The notes beneath the pieces are model-generated. The model searched no databases and was not told the origin of the DNA. It saw nothing but the letters and a program-made list of their open reading frames with translations. The translations under genes and the position numbers were made by a program. From the NCBI RefSeq assembly GCF_006345805.1, contig NC_042999.1, positions 806,001 through 870,000 on the forward strand: 64,000 nt of DNA, given 5' to 3'. The DNA is from Octopus sinensis (taxonomy: Eukaryota). This document shows, one piece after another, positions 39,810-53,992 of this stretch. The stretch's first letter is position 1; each line of letters starts with the position of its first letter.

Positions 39810-40322
39810 GTGGAGGTGCAATGTCCCAGTGGTTAGAACAGCAGACTCGCGGTCGTAGGATCACGGTTTCGATTCCCAGACCGGGTATTGTGAGTGTTTA
39901 TTGAGCGAAAACACCTAAAGCTCCACGAGGCTCAGGCACCAGGTGGTGGTGATCCCTGCTGTGCTCTTTCCCCACAACTTTCTCTCACTCTTTCGTCCTG
40001 TTTCTGTTGTACCTGTATTTCAAAGGGGCCAGCCTTGTCACACTCTGTGTCACGCTGAATCTCCTTCAAGAACTACGTTAAGGGTACACGTGTCTGTGGA
40101 GTGCTCAGCCACTTGCACGTTAATAAATGAGCTGCAACGTCAATGGTGCCAAGCTGTATCGGCCTTTGCCTTTCCCTTGGATAACATCGGTGACATGGAG
40201 AGGGGAGGCTGGTATACGTGGGCGACTGCTGGTCTTCCATAAACAACTTTGCCCAGACTTGTACCTCGGAGGGTAACTTCCTAGATGCAATCCCGTGGTC
40301 ATTCATGACCGAAGGAGGTCAC
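39810..40322 (+). mobile_element. Chimeric SINE: family C head and body with family D tail
   Basis: 39810-40125 matches 63300-63613(-); 40130-40322 matches 7025-7222. Confidence 0.85.
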
Positions 40323-40798
40323 AATACTAGTTGCCAAAAATGAGTTTGATATGCAAATTTGGTATAACCAATTGTGCTACACCGCTATATTTGGTATCAG
40401 TCATGCGATGAGTTTGTGGATGGTTATTGTATTGGATGCAGCACTGAAGAAAGAGCAAAATGTACTGAAATATGCATATACGCTCATTCACCAATTTTCT
40501 GATCTTCGACCACATTGTTTACATAGACGTACTCGTATACGAATCCTTGTAACTTTCAGTCATGGCTCTAATTTATATTTAAATTCTGTAGAAATAACTT
40601 TAAAAAGCAATATTTTTATATGGATATTATGTATGTTTTCATATGTACAAACAACATACATACACATACGCACATACACTGTCACACACACACATGCGCA
40701 CATATGCGTGTGTTTGTTCTTCATATTCATACATATATATATAGAGAGCCATATATATGTGTGTATATATATATATATGTATGTATTTATATATACAT

Positions 40799-40851
<53 letters not shown>

Positions 40852-40852
40852 G

Positions 40853-40908
<56 letters not shown>

Positions 40909-41711
40909 TGCATTATGCGTGCTGTGTGCGTGTGCGCATGCTGTGTGCGTATGTAGATGCCTCGGAAGTCATGTGAACTTTGATAAAAGTATATTTCGTG
41001 AATATTGCTAAAAACGCAGCAGCGAGATTAATTTTTTCAAACTCTACACTTCCAGTGGAGTTTCCTGTACAATGATAAACAGAGCAGATTTCATTTCTTT
41101 TTTTTGTGTCTCGTCGAATATTTATTAGTTCAACAGAGGAACAACAACGAAATAAAAATAGTATAACAAGAAATAAAATATAAAAATAAAACATAAACCA
41201 GAATGTTTTATCCCAGTATAATCACTAACAGTATTTTCCCCTAAAGTGGAATAGATATTTTAAAATTAGTTCTGAGAGACTGTGTAGACACCATACGGAT
41301 ATGGAAACATAGCAAGGGCCTTGATAAAAATCTTGCTGGCAAAATAACAAAATTCAAAGAAAACTCGAAGCCTTCTAAATATTTTCCTACTTTTTGTTTA
41401 CTTTTTCTCGAACTTTCTAGAGCTTCGCTTTTCTTGTTCTATTTTATTGGATTAATCTTATTTTTCATCGACTTTGCTTTATCGGCTTTCTTCCTTTTCT
41501 AGTAATTTCTTTCTCTCGTTCTCGTTTACTCGGTTCTGTTTAGCTTGTATTATAACCATTCTAATTCCTCTCCATTCTCTCTTTTCTATTCTGTTATTGT
41601 TTCACTACTTTTTTTTGTTTTTTCGTTATTTTTTAATCTTCTTACTTATCTCTATTTGTATTTCCATTTTTCTAATTTTTTGCTTTCGTTTCCTTTTAAT
41701 TTGTCTTTCTT

Positions 41712-42352
41712 TACTCATACCCGCTTTTTACTTTATTTACTTGTAACTCTCTCGCCAGCAGCCTTTGTATCCCTCTGTCTACCTGTCTCTCTCTCTCTCT
41801 CGCTCTCTTTACCTGTAACTGTCTTGCCTGCAGCCTTTGTGTCCCTCTGTCTACCTGCGTCGCTCTCTTTACCTGTAACTGTCTCGCCTGCAACCTTTGT
41901 GTCCCTCTGTCTACCTGTCTGTCTCTCTTTACCCATTCCCGCTTTTTACTTTATTTACCTGTAACTGTCTCACCAGCAGCCTTTGTGTCCCTCTGTCTAC
42001 ATGTCTCTCTCTCTTTACCTGTAACTGTCTCGCCAGCAGCCTTTGTATCCCTCTGTCTACCTGTCTCTCTCTCTTTACCCGTAACTGTCTCGCCAGCAGC
42101 CTTTGTGTCCCTCTGTCTACCTGCCTCTCTCTCTCTTTACTCATTCCCGCTTTTTACTTTATTTACCTGTAACTGTCTCGCCAGCAGCCTTTGTGTCCCT
42201 CTGTCTACCTCTCTCTCTCTCTCTTTACCTGTAACTGTCTCACCAGCAGCCTTTGTGTCCCTCTGTCTACCTTCTCTCTTTTCTCACACCTGCTTTTTAC
42301 TTCATTTACCTGTAACTGTCTCGCCAGCTGCATTTGTGTCCCTCTGTCTGTA
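41712..42352. repeat. ~60 bp minisatellite (9 units) with a periodic ~27 bp spacer
   Basis: Unit tttacctgtaactgtctcgccagcagcctttgtgtccctctgtctacc(tc)n; spacer tactcatacccgctttttactttat. Confidence 0.95.
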
Positions 42353-42429
42353 TAACGTTTTCTGCGAACACTGAATTAGTTGAAGAAGACGTGAATCCTG
42401 TAGCTAGCACTCAGTATGTTATGCCGATG

Positions 42430-42697
42430 AGTATTCCGGTCAATGGAACTGCCTGTTCGTGTAAGTGGTTGAGCACTTCACGGATATACGTACCTTAAAG
42501 TAGTTCTCGGAAAGATTCAGCGTCACACAGAATGTAACTTTGAAATACATGTACTACTCATTTTTGCCTGTTGATTGGAATATAACAATGTGAAATAAAG
42601 TGTCTTGCTCAAGGTGACATCGCTTGGCCGAGGATTGAACTCATGACCTTACGATTATGAGCCGAATACCCTAACCACCAGGCTACGCGTCTTCACG
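42430..42697 (-). mobile_element. Diverged SINE (family D-like head with family C-like distal part)
   Basis: Minus strand: gcgtagcctggtggttagggtattcgg...gagttcaatcctc...ccttgagcaagacactttatttcac. Confidence 0.65.
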
Positions 42698-42849
42698 CAT
42701 GAATTCCATTATTTTCTTTCTATAAGGAATCTCAGATCAAGTCTCTTCTATGTTAGCTGTAGAATGGTAATTTCTTTGTGAGTTCAAGAACGTCTACATC
42801 AGAAATGCTAGAAGTGTAATGTCATTCGTTCAATATTTCAAAAGATCAA

Positions 42850-43265
42850 AGTGGCGTGTTGGCAGAAACGTTAGGACGCCGGGTGAAATGCTTAGCGGTA
42901 TTTCGTCTCTCTTCGTGTTCTGAGTTCAACTTGCGCTGAGGTCGACTTTGCCTTTCCTCATTGCGCACTGGGATCGGTCTAATCGACTGGCTCCCTTCCC
43001 CAAAATTACGGACCTTCTGCCTAGAGCAGAAAAGTAGAAAAGGATATTAAGGCGGCGAGCTGGCAGAAACGTTAGCATGCCGGGCGAAATGCTTAGCGGT
43101 ATTTCGTCTGTCTTACGTTCTGAGTTCAAATTTCACCGTGGTCGACTTTGCCTTTCATTCTTTCGGGGTCGATAACTCAAATACCAGTTGCGTACTGAGA
43201 TTAATCTAATCGACTGGCCCCCCTCACCCAAAATTTCGGGCCTTGTGTCTAGAGTAGAAAAGAAT
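42850..43265 (+). mobile_element. Two head-to-tail SINE family A copies
   Basis: Heads at ~42852 and ~43049. Confidence 0.85.
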
Positions 43266-44172
43266 ATTTCAAAAGATCGATGGCAAAGCCCATATGGTAC
43301 TGAAAAACTTGTTACAGTACTAACATAAATATATTACCCAAATTATAGCTCACAGCAGCACTTTTCTACGTCACTGTAAACAGTTGTAGCATTATAAAAT
43401 GTGCTAGCAATATTTTGGAATGAACTCCAAAATTCTTAAGCTGTCCTTGAGAAAACTTGCTAGCAACAATATTGATATTCTTTCGAATGGGACAGATTTT
43501 ATTCTCTTCTCACTCCTATTCTCGTATAATATCATAGTATGAGAAGTTAAGGACTACTGGGCTAACCAGTAATCTTATGAATATCCTTGAAAATATATGT
43601 AATTCTAGAATGATTAGCATTGCCGGCTAAAGTAAGTTTATTTAATAATAATACAATGGTGATTCATTTGCGATGCAACTTTTGGCAGTCTTGTAAAAAG
43701 TTTTTCTCAATGTTGCAAGAATAATCAATTAATCTTATCTCTGACATCTACATATCACGAAATACATTAGCGTATATGTCAATCTGTTTATATTTTTTAT
43801 TTGTTTATCTATTTATCTATCTATCTACCTATCTATCTATATGTCTGCTGCCTGTCTGTATTTGTGTATTTGTGTCTCTCAATCAATCTATTTATCTGTC
43901 TACTGACATATGTATCTCTCTACTAACCTATTTATTCTGTCTATATATCTATCTTTTTATCTATCATTTTTTTTTACTATCCCTTTTGATCGAAAACCTA
44001 CCCCACCTTCTTTTTCTCCCCAAAAAGAAAAGCTCTACTTTGTAATTTGTCCCCTCTGTGTTCAGCTCTCTGTATCTAATAAAGAAAAAATATTTTTATC
44101 TATCTGTCACTCTATCTATTTATTTATCTAACTATCTATCTGTCTGTCTGTATATCTGCCTGTCTGTCTGTC

Positions 44173-44262
<90 letters not shown>

Positions 44263-44912
44263 ACTGTCTGTCTATATGTCTGCCTGTCTCTCTATCTATC
44301 AATCTGTGTATCTATATACATACCTACCTCACTGTTTTCTGTCCGTCTTCCTCTCCGTCTTTCTCTCCCGATGCAAAATACTGACAAGCAAAAAACAAAA
44401 AAAAACAAAATAGAATGATTTATGGGTGCCGAGGGCGGCTTTAAAATGTTATAACAAAATGAAGTGACTATGATTCATTGGATCTGTTTACGTTAAGTCT
44501 GAGCAGACATCAGCTTTTGTTGTTGCTGTTGTTGTTGTTGTTGTTCAATATAAAAATCATCAGTATCTAGCAATGTGTTTCCGTATCGTGTCTTTTAACC
44601 TTTATCTTAGATTTGTTTCAGTCAATGGGATGCGGCCATGCTGGAGTACCGCCTTAGAGGGTTTAATCGAAGAAATGTACCTCAATAATTCTTTTTAAAT
44701 CAGCAAAATGCTTCACGGTGTTTCATCTGCCTTTACTTTCTGAGTTCGAATTCCGCCGAGGTCGTTTTTGCCGTTCATCTTCTCGGGGTCCATAAATTAA
44801 ATACCAGTGAGACACTGAGATGACGTAATTGACCAGTCTTCCTCCCCCAAGAATTTCAGGTCTTGTGTCTAACGTAGAAAGGATTATTATTATTATATTA
44901 TTATTATTATTA

Positions 44913-44949
<37 letters not shown>

Positions 44950-44964
44950 ATAATAATAATAATA

Positions 44965-45000
<36 letters not shown>

Positions 45001-45011
45001 TAATCATATAT

Positions 45012-45043
<32 letters not shown>

Positions 45044-45589
45044 ATTGTTTAATTCTCTCTTCCAGACTGCTAACACACACACACAATAAATGGCTTGCTA
45101 CTTATGCCAGATAAACAACGGGTATCAGGATAGAGTATGCTGTATTTATATTTATATAAATGCACCAAGGAGTACAATTTACGGGTGTTCAATAACAGTT
45201 TCTCTCAGGGGTCTTCTATCTTTTATCTTTCACATTTTTCATTCATTAAATCGTGGCCATGATCGAGCACTGCGGCCATGCTGGGGCACCGCGGCTATGC
45301 CTGGACAAGGTGGTAATGCTGGTGCACTGCGGCCATGCTGAGGCATCACCTCCAGGAAATTTTAGTCGAATGAATCGATCCCAGTACTTTACCTTTTCGA
45401 GTCTGCTACTTTGCCGAACCGCTAAGTCACAGGGCCGCAAACACACCAACATCGGCTGTCAAATGGTGGTGGGGGACAGAGACATAAAGACACACACACA
45501 CATACATATATGACGAGCTTCTTTCAGTTTCCGTCTAGCAAATCCACTCACCTGGCTCTCTAATTTACGTTGTTCTTGTTGCTGCTGTT

Positions 45590-46275
45590 ACCAATAATGA
45601 TGATGATGATGATGATTAGGAGGAGGGGGAGGATGGTTTGGGAATCATATTTCTCGTCATTAATAGTCCTCACCCCCTCCATCATTGCTATCTCATCATC
45701 ATCAACAACAATACAATGACCCTCATCGTTTTCCTCATCATTGCCAACGCAATTACCAATACAACCACCCATTACCACCACTACCACCACCACCACCACC
45801 ACCACCACTATCATCATCATAATCATTACTACCACCACTACCACCACCACCACCAACACTACCACCACCACTGCCCCCATCTTCATCGTCATCACTATCA
45901 TCATTATCATAAGCACCACCAACAACCCATGCAACCACCACCACCACCACCAGCAACATTGCAGCCACCACAGTATCATGACTACCATCCTCCTCCTCCT
46001 CCTCCTCCTCCTCATCATCATCATCATCATCATTGTCGTCGTCGTCATCATAACCACCAACAACAGCACAGCCACCACCACTACCGCCACCGCCAGTCTC
46101 ATAACCATCACCAGCAGCATCAGAATCAACATCAGCATCATCTTCTTAATCACAGAGTCAACATCATCTTCATCAATAGCAGTGGCACCAGCAACAACAG
46201 CAACATCAGCTGCGGCACCACCACCGCCACCACAACCACCACCACCATCACCACCACCAATTACCACTACAACAG
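45590..46275. repeat. Compound trinucleotide repeat field
   Basis: CAC/CAT/CTC/CAG runs. Confidence 0.9.
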
Positions 46276-46815
46276 CAGAATTCGGAAATATTCTTTGGTT
46301 TACTTCTGACAGTGACAGCTCCTAAAATAATATTGACAATTTCGGTTTTGGAACTATTTCTCTGTGAATGGTAAATTATACGACAGTAATTAATTCCTCG
46401 CCGTTAATGAATAAGTTTTTGTCATTTCCATACATCTTACCAGGGGGAACATGTTCTGGAATAAAATACCTCTTCAATTTAGGAGGTATGAAAAGACATA
46501 GAAACTGTTTATTGTTTCTTTACAATTCTTCATTTATAAATGTGAAGTGTTTCTTTATTCAATTCTGGCTTTTGATAAAAGGAATGGAAATTTGGTATTT
46601 GTTGATGTTCTTCAAGTTGGCAATTTACAGCTAAATTCTCATCGCAGTTTATTCTATGTTATTATAAAGTGTCTGTGTGGGGGCGAGATGAAGAATGTAT
46701 CTTTTGCATAACGATACGAGATGAGTCAGATATTTTCGGAAAAACTGGAACCTGTCTATAGAAAAATTGCTGAGTCAGGTAGTATCTTTTATCTTTTATT
46801 ATTTACTGGTTTTAG

Positions 46816-47915
46816 AAGGCGGCAAGCTGGCAAAAGCGTTAACATGCCGGGTGAAATGCTTAGTGATATTTCGCCTGTTTTACGTTCTGAGTTCAAATTC
46901 CGCCGTGGTCAACTATGTTTTCATCCTTTCGTGGTCGTTAAATTAAGTACCAGCTACGCACTGGGGTCGATGTAATCGACTCGATCCCTTTGTCTGTCCT
47001 TGTTTGTCCCTTCTATGTTTAGCCTCTTGTGGGCAACAAAGAAATAAGAAACGTTAGCATGCCGGGCGAAATGCTTAGCAGTATTTCATCTGTCTTACTG
47101 TTCTGAGTTCAAATTCGGCCGAGGTCGACTTTGCCTTTCATACTTTCAAGGTCAATAAATTAAGTACCAGTTACGCACTGGTGTCTATGTAATCGACTTA
47201 ATCCGTTTGTCTGTCCTTGTTCGTCCCCTCTGTGTTTATAAATGAAGAATTGTAAAGAAATAATAAACAGTTTCTATGTCTTTTCATACCTTATGTGTAG
47301 TAAAGAAATGGGTATATCGTCCTTCTTTACGTTCTGAGTTCAAATTCCGCAGGGGTCGACTTTACTTTACATACTTTCGGGGTCAATCTAATCGACAGGC
47401 TGGCACTCCCTACCAAAAATTTCGGGCCTTGTGCCTAGAGTAAAAAAAAATTCCTTACTAGTTTTAGTCATTGTACTACGGCCATACTCTAGCATCTGTT
47501 CCAGCTGGCAGAAACGTTAGTACGCCGGGCGAAATGCTTAGCGGTATTTCGTCTGCCGCTACGTTCTGAATTCAAATTCCGCCGAGGTCGACTTTGCCTT
47601 TCATCCTTTCGGGGTCGATTAAATAAGTACCAGTTACGCACTGGGGTCGACATAATTGACTTAATCCGTTTGTCTGTCCTTGTTTGTCCTCTCTGTGTGT
47701 AGCTCCTTGTGGGTAGTAAAGAAATAGGTATTTCGTCTGCCGCTACGTTCTGAGTTCAAATTCCACCGATGTCGACTTTGCCTTTCATCCTTTCGAGGTC
47801 GATAAATTAAGTACCAGTTACGCACTGGGGTCTATATAATCGACTTATTCCGATTGTCTGTCCTTGTTTGTCCTCTCTGTGTTTAGCCTCTTGTGGGTAG
47901 TAAACAAATAGGTAT
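46816..47915 (+). mobile_element. Cluster of tandem SINE family A units
   Basis: Five ttctgagttcaaattcc...gtcga units in ~1.1 kb. Confidence 0.9.
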
Positions 47916-48817
47916 GGCATTGGTCGACCTAGAGTTCTAGAAGAATACACTTGGTCAAGATGCCGTGAAGTGGGATTAAACCGAAAACCACGTGGTTGTA
48001 AGCCAAAGTGAGTTTCTTAACCACACCGCCATCTTTGTGTCCTTGAAAAAATTTGAAAATTTCATTTCATACATTGATAAAATTATGATAGCAACTGAAG
48101 ATTAACGCTGATTTCTCTGGAAGAAATCTAGGCTGCCAACCCTCTTGACAAATCGAAATAATAACCTTTTGCAATGCTTCTCTTCCCAGAAAGCAGTCAG
48201 ATAAATGAGATAGTATTATATCTAAGTATGTATAATCCGATTATCTTTTGATGTAACATTGTCAAATTCTGAAGAACAAAACAAATGAGGCAATACTACA
48301 TAAAAGCATGATTTAAACAAATAAATTATGTAAGAAAAAAAAGACGGAACTGGAAAAAAAATCGATCAATAAATCAATGAAATAACTCTATAAATACTCT
48401 GAAATCATAGGTAACATTTCTTAAGACAAAGTACAAATAGTAATATTTGTGGAATTTTTACCTCTCGAAAGGAATTTTTAGCTGAATATATAAAATGTCT
48501 TTGAGTTTACATGTTATTGAAAAATATGATGAATTAAAGTTATTTGTTATTCATCAGCCTCGGAGATTCTATTTAAAAATTTTCTAGTCTTTGTTCGTAA
48601 TTACAACGTGTCAAACCTCCCAAATGGTTTCCTCTCTGAATGTTTAATAATATTTTTTTTTTATTCCTCTCCATCAGCAAGCTGCTGTCTAGTCGGAACC
48701 ACATCAAAATATCATGGATATGTCTTGTAGCAAAGAAAAAGAAAAAAGGAAAGAAAAAGAAACTGAAAGAAGGAAAAACTATTCTGCACTCAACTATCAT
48801 AAAAATAACATATATAT

Positions 48818-48897
<80 letters not shown>

Positions 48898-49637
48898 ATA
48901 TAAATTTTCTCTATGTTTATTAGCTTTCAATAATAACATTGCCAGACAGACGGTTTTTTTAATGCAAAAATATTATATGCATGTTTACTACAGAAATCTT
49001 ATATAAAGTCTTTTGCATAAAGTTAGACAGTCATCAGATCAATTTCTATAAAGATAACCCTTCTAGATAAATTTTACAAACAACAAGATACATTCCTATC
49101 GAATACAAATTAGTGTGAATCATATGCTGTAATATCTACGTGATTTACATAGAAGAAAACCTCTGGGGTACGCTGTGAGCATTCCTCAAGCTTATGAGTA
49201 TACTAAGAATACGCATTACAAACTAAATTGTCCTTGAGTATTCAATGCTTTTGATGTTAAATACAAACTAATTCACTTACCGCCAAAGAATGATGTTGCT
49301 TGCTTTGCCTTTTATCGCGTCAGTTGAACAACAATAGCATTCCTTTGAAAGCAGCAAATGTAGTGTTTGTAAATTATATGGATAGTTTCTGGCAATGAGT
49401 GTATCCTTTAGTTCATGTAGTCGTGTGTCCCTGATGCCTGTATTAGAAACTATAGTACAAATCCTTTGGAAATATTGTAAAAAACCGTTTCATTTAATTA
49501 TTCCACAATTTAATATGTTTTTTCACGCTTTACTCTAAATTGAAAAAGTCGCAAAGACCGAGATCGGTACTACAATGTTCTTCATGATAGAATTATTTTA
49601 GCATTTTCAACCTTGTCCTAGAGTTAAGGTTACGGTT

Positions 49638-49655
49638 TTAGGGTTAGGGTTAGGG
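49638..49655 (+). repeat. Short interstitial (TTAGGG)3 within a probable DNA-repeat end
   Basis: ttagggttagggttaggg with degenerate units on both sides. Confidence 0.6.
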
Positions 49656-50324
49656 TTAAATGTTTAAGGTTAGTGTTTGGGAAAACGTCAAAATTGAAGA
49701 AGTTGAAGGAAAGGTGGAGAAAAATTTCACAATGCCGACTTTTGGAAATTTTCTGGAACCTAAGTATCCGAAACCGGGAATTTTTGGCAAAAACAAAAAT
49801 TACAAAAGTAAACAAATCTGGGGGAAAAGGGCGGGGAACGGGCTGAGGTCATTCCTTTCTTGTTAACCTGGTGTACTTACATTAACGGAAACTTTGTGAA
49901 GCATTTTTCGTGGATTGCCAATCCTTCATTAATAACCGGTAATAAAAAGATATAAATGTATTTACACAAACACACTCAAATACACACACACATACATACA
50001 CACTCATCCGCACATCGGGTAACTAATAGGAAATGTTTGAAATGAGCGAAATTTTTCAAATCCAAATCCAGTGATTGTAAGAATTCTAATTCCGTATTTA
50101 GCAGAACCATTTTTGCAGAATCATTAGCATTACTAGATAAAACAATACTCATTAATTTTATTGAGAGAATCACTTCTTCTGAGAATAAATTTCTTGCAAT
50201 GCTGCTTCTAAAGGTGAAAGCCATTTTGAAACGATAGTTTTGACAAAGGAGTTAAAATTCAATTATTTTATTCTTTCTCTTATTAAGTTTCCTCCTTTGT
50301 TCTTTCGCTTCTTCCATCCATTCA

Positions 50325-50520
50325 TTTTCTCTGCCATTGTTCCTGGAAAGGTCACAGTAGCAGAATCTTCGGGTACCTCCTCCATAAGATCTTGGCAGAA
50401 GCAACCGTTATTACATTTTACGGCTGAATTGCCAAGCGCAACCAACTGCGACTGCGGATATCATCCAAGCATCTCATTCTCGATCTGCTCATAGGTCTCC
50501 TGCCAGTTGGCTTTGCTTGA
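50325..50520 (-). pseudogene. RTE-clade LINE C-terminal remnant
   Basis: Manual translation QAKPTGRRPMSRSRMRCLDDIRSRSWLRLAIQ...VASAKILWRR resembles GxRPRGRPRxRWxDxI...LGI...DRxxWR. Confidence 0.6.
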
Positions 50521-50547
50521 AGAATCTATCGTGTATCGTTTCTTTAA

Positions 50548-51380
50548 TCATTTATTTCTGTCAGGCGTTAGACTGCGGCCAAGCGGAGGCACCGCCTTCA
50601 AGAAATTTTAATTGTATTAAGCGACCCCAGTATATTTTTCTAAGTTTGGTACTTACTTATTCTGTCAAACTCCATTACGTACCGGTAACCTCTATGTTAC
50701 AGGGACGTAAATACCCCAACAACGGTTGTCAACCAGTAATGGGGGAGGGCACAAACTCAAACACAATGGCACACACACATACATACACATACATATATAT
50801 GACAGGCGTCTTTCAGTTTCTGTCTAACAAATCCACTCACAAGGCTTCGGTCGGCCCGTGGCTTTGATTGAAGACACTTGCCAAGGTGCCACGCAGTGGT
50901 ACTGAATCCAGAACCATGTGGTTGGTAAGCAGTCATCTTATTTCGTTATTGCCCACAAAAGGCTAAACACAGAGAGGACAAACAAGGACAGACAAAGGGA
51001 TTTAGTCGATTACATCGATCCCAGTGCGTAACTGGTACTTATTTAATCGACCCGAAAGGATGAAAGGCAAAGTCGACCTCGGCGGAATTTGAACTCAGAA
51101 CGTAGCGACAGAAAAAATACCTATTTCTTTACTACCCACAAGGGGTTACACACAGAGGGGACAAACAAGGTCAGAGAAATGGATTAAGTCGATTATATCG
51201 ACCCCAGTGCGTAACTGGTACTTATTTAATCGACCCGAAAGGATGACAGGCAAAGTCGACCTCGGCGGAATTTAAACTCAGAACGTAACGGCAGACGAAA
51301 TACGGCTACGCATTTCGCCCGGCGTACTAACGGTTCTGCCAGCTCGCCGCCTTAAGCAAACGTCTTACAACACGACCACG
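50548..51380 (-). mobile_element. SINE B with a nested two-unit SINE A (50937-51352)
   Basis: The SINE B head is interrupted after ggttggtaagc and resumes at ~51353 (aagcaaacgtcttacaacacgaccacgc). Confidence 0.8.
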
Positions 51381-51700
51381 CTTGTGGCTATCTTGCGATG
51401 CTTTCCTGTCACATTCTCATTACATGCCTGTAGTACTGGTGTTGTAACGTTTAGATGCGAAGACAGCAGCTCGACGAGGTGAGACTCTCTAATCTCCGAG
51501 CTATGCACTTTGTCGAACAGCGTTACTCCAGAGACCCTTTGTAGGGACCCATATAATTTCTACAGTTTAACATTACGCTCCACTGTTCCTTCTTTTTCAG
51601 CTCTCCCAAATCTCGCTCTCTGTGTCTACGTCTCACTTTCTGTCTCTCTCTTTGGCTCTAGCTCTGTCTTCCTCTCTTTGTCTCTCTCTCTCCCCTTGAA

Positions 51701-51721
<21 letters not shown>

Positions 51722-51744
<23 letters not shown>

Positions 51745-52275
51745 AGTCTGTCTCTCTCACTTCCCTTCTGTCTGTCTGTTTTTCTCTCTATCTCACCCCA
51801 CTATATGTATGTCTGCATGTCTGTATGTCTGTCTGTCTCCCTCTTTCTATGACTGTTCTCTGTCCCTTTGTCTCTGTCTCTCTGTCTGCCTGCCTGCCTG
51901 TCTGTCCTTCTGTCTGTTATCTGTTACTCTTTATCTCTAGCTCTCTCTTTACCTGCCTGTCCTAGTCACACGCACACACACATACACACACACACACTCT
52001 CTCTCTCTCTCTCTCTCTCTAAGTCTGTCTCTCTCACTTCCCTTCTGTCTGTCTGTTTTTCTCTCTATCTCACCCCACTATATGTATGTCTGCATGTCTG
52101 TATGTCTGTCTGTCTCCCTCTTTCTATGACTGTTCTCTGTCCCTTTGTCTCTGTCTCTCTGTCTGCCTGCCTGCCTGTCTGTCCTTCTCTCTGTTATCTG
52201 TTACTCTTTATCTCTAGCTCTCTCTTTACCTGCCTGTCCTAGTCACACGCACACACACATACACACACACACACA
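51722..52275. repeat. 277 bp near-perfect tandem duplication of CT-rich DNA
   Basis: Near-identical ORF translations offset by 277 nt (51868 and 52145). Confidence 0.92.
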
Positions 52276-52903
52276 CTCTCTCTCTCTCTCACTCTCGCCT
52301 ACATCCCACGTATTTCATTTCGTCATATTCTGTCATACTTCTCTCTCCCCAGCTGAAGAATTACGAAACTATTTTGACGCAATGAAACAAGAACGTAAAG
52401 AAGCACAGATTAGAATCTTCGTCTAAATGTCTTTCCTCGCTGTCACCACAAAACAGGAGGAGTTTGTGTCAGGTTGGAGAAAGAAACAATGTTTCCATTA
52501 AAATGCCACTCAAAGATGACATTTTAGTTGATTTTTCTGTTATTTTCATGTCATTTATTGTCTGCTTTTATTCTCATTCTGTCTAATTTGTTTATAGAAG
52601 AATCTCTTCAAAGAATGGAAAAGGTCTTCTTGGTGCTTAAGTACGATATAACGATGTAAACATGTCCAAAAATTCGAATAAATTTATGACTTACCATTAT
52701 TCTTCATGGTGGTTGTAAACTAGAAATGAGAATTGTAAGATATGAAAAAATTAAAAAGAAAAAAAAATATTTTATTTTCTTTCATTTGAAACCGTTTCGC
52801 CCACTAAGATACATAAAATAACTGCGATCCGTCAAATATTTCTACGAATTCTCGGAATTGATGCCCATGCATTAAAGTACAAATGAGACTGTTCCTTATT
52901 TAA

Positions 52904-52962
<59 letters not shown>

Positions 52963-52992
52963 TAATAATAATAATAATCAAAAAATGATGAA

Positions 52993-53049
<57 letters not shown>

Positions 53050-53453
53050 AAAGATGCTAATAATACATATACATATATACGACGGGCTTCTTTCAGTTTC
53101 CGTCTATCAAATCCACTCATAAGGCTTTGGTCGGCCCGAGGCTATAGTAGAAGACACTTGCCCAAGGTGTCACGCAGTGGGACTGAACCACGTGGTTGGT
53201 AAGCAAGCTACTTACCACACAGCCACTCCTAAATATTTCATGAATTAACAAGAAATAATCATTCGTTGAACCGAAGTCAAAGCAAGAGACAAAAATCAAT
53301 AATAGATTCTCACTAAACAAATCACGATTTCCATGTGATTGGGAACCATATGTGAACTTGCATTAACATGGAACCTCCGAACACAGACCGTGTCCCTCAA
53401 CAAAGAATAACGACTACGGCTACAACGTTTCTGCTATCCGACACACTTGCTCC

Positions 53454-53992
53454 TCCGGATGCGAATTTTTTTTCTCGCCCGAGTTCCTAACCCAAGTTAT
53501 GAACTCATTTGCATACAGCCAATCAAACTAATTTATGAGCGCATAACAAGCGATGGGCGATAAGATAAGGTATTTTGGTTAAGGAATGACCATGCTTCTT
53601 TTGTCTTTTAATAATGCTTATTGTTCTTGTTCTTGTTTCAACCATGGCTGCCTCTGCGTAGTTATTTGTGTTGTTTACTTTGTAAAACACTAAGGGGAGA
53701 GGGTTGCTAGTACGTCACCCTCTACCCACATTTTTCCCATCCACATCTCTACCATACGGGGCCCTAATAAAATCCGATAATAGATATAGATGCAAATCTA
53801 TTTAATAGTTTGTCTCCTAAAATCAGGCGTAACGATCGGTCGATTTACAACAACGTTCTTTGTCTTGAATTTGCTTGGCAGAATGTGTTTGTTAATTAGA
53901 CAAAAAGGTCAAGGTGATCTCTGATTGGCTGTATGCAAATGATTTCATTGCTGGGGTCCGGAACTATCGTGGGAAAAATTTCACCTCCCGGA
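53454..53992. mobile_element. MITE-like element with ~70 bp inverted repeats containing octamer plus CCAAT
   Basis: tcatttgcatacagccaatca (53505-53525) and its exact reverse complement at 53922-53942, within diverged longer arms. Confidence 0.7.

Noticed and set aside
41712-42352. Regularly spaced repeats resembling a CRISPR array
   Set aside because: No unique spacers, eukaryotic context, no cas genes; it is a minisatellite.
45560-46322. Minus-strand 235 aa ORF preceded by a ttttag acceptor-like site
   Set aside because: Almost entirely trinucleotide repeat with open frames on both strands; no independent coding evidence.
49638-49655. Telomere or chromosome-fusion site
   Set aside because: Only three perfect TTAGGG units, with no head-to-head arrangement.
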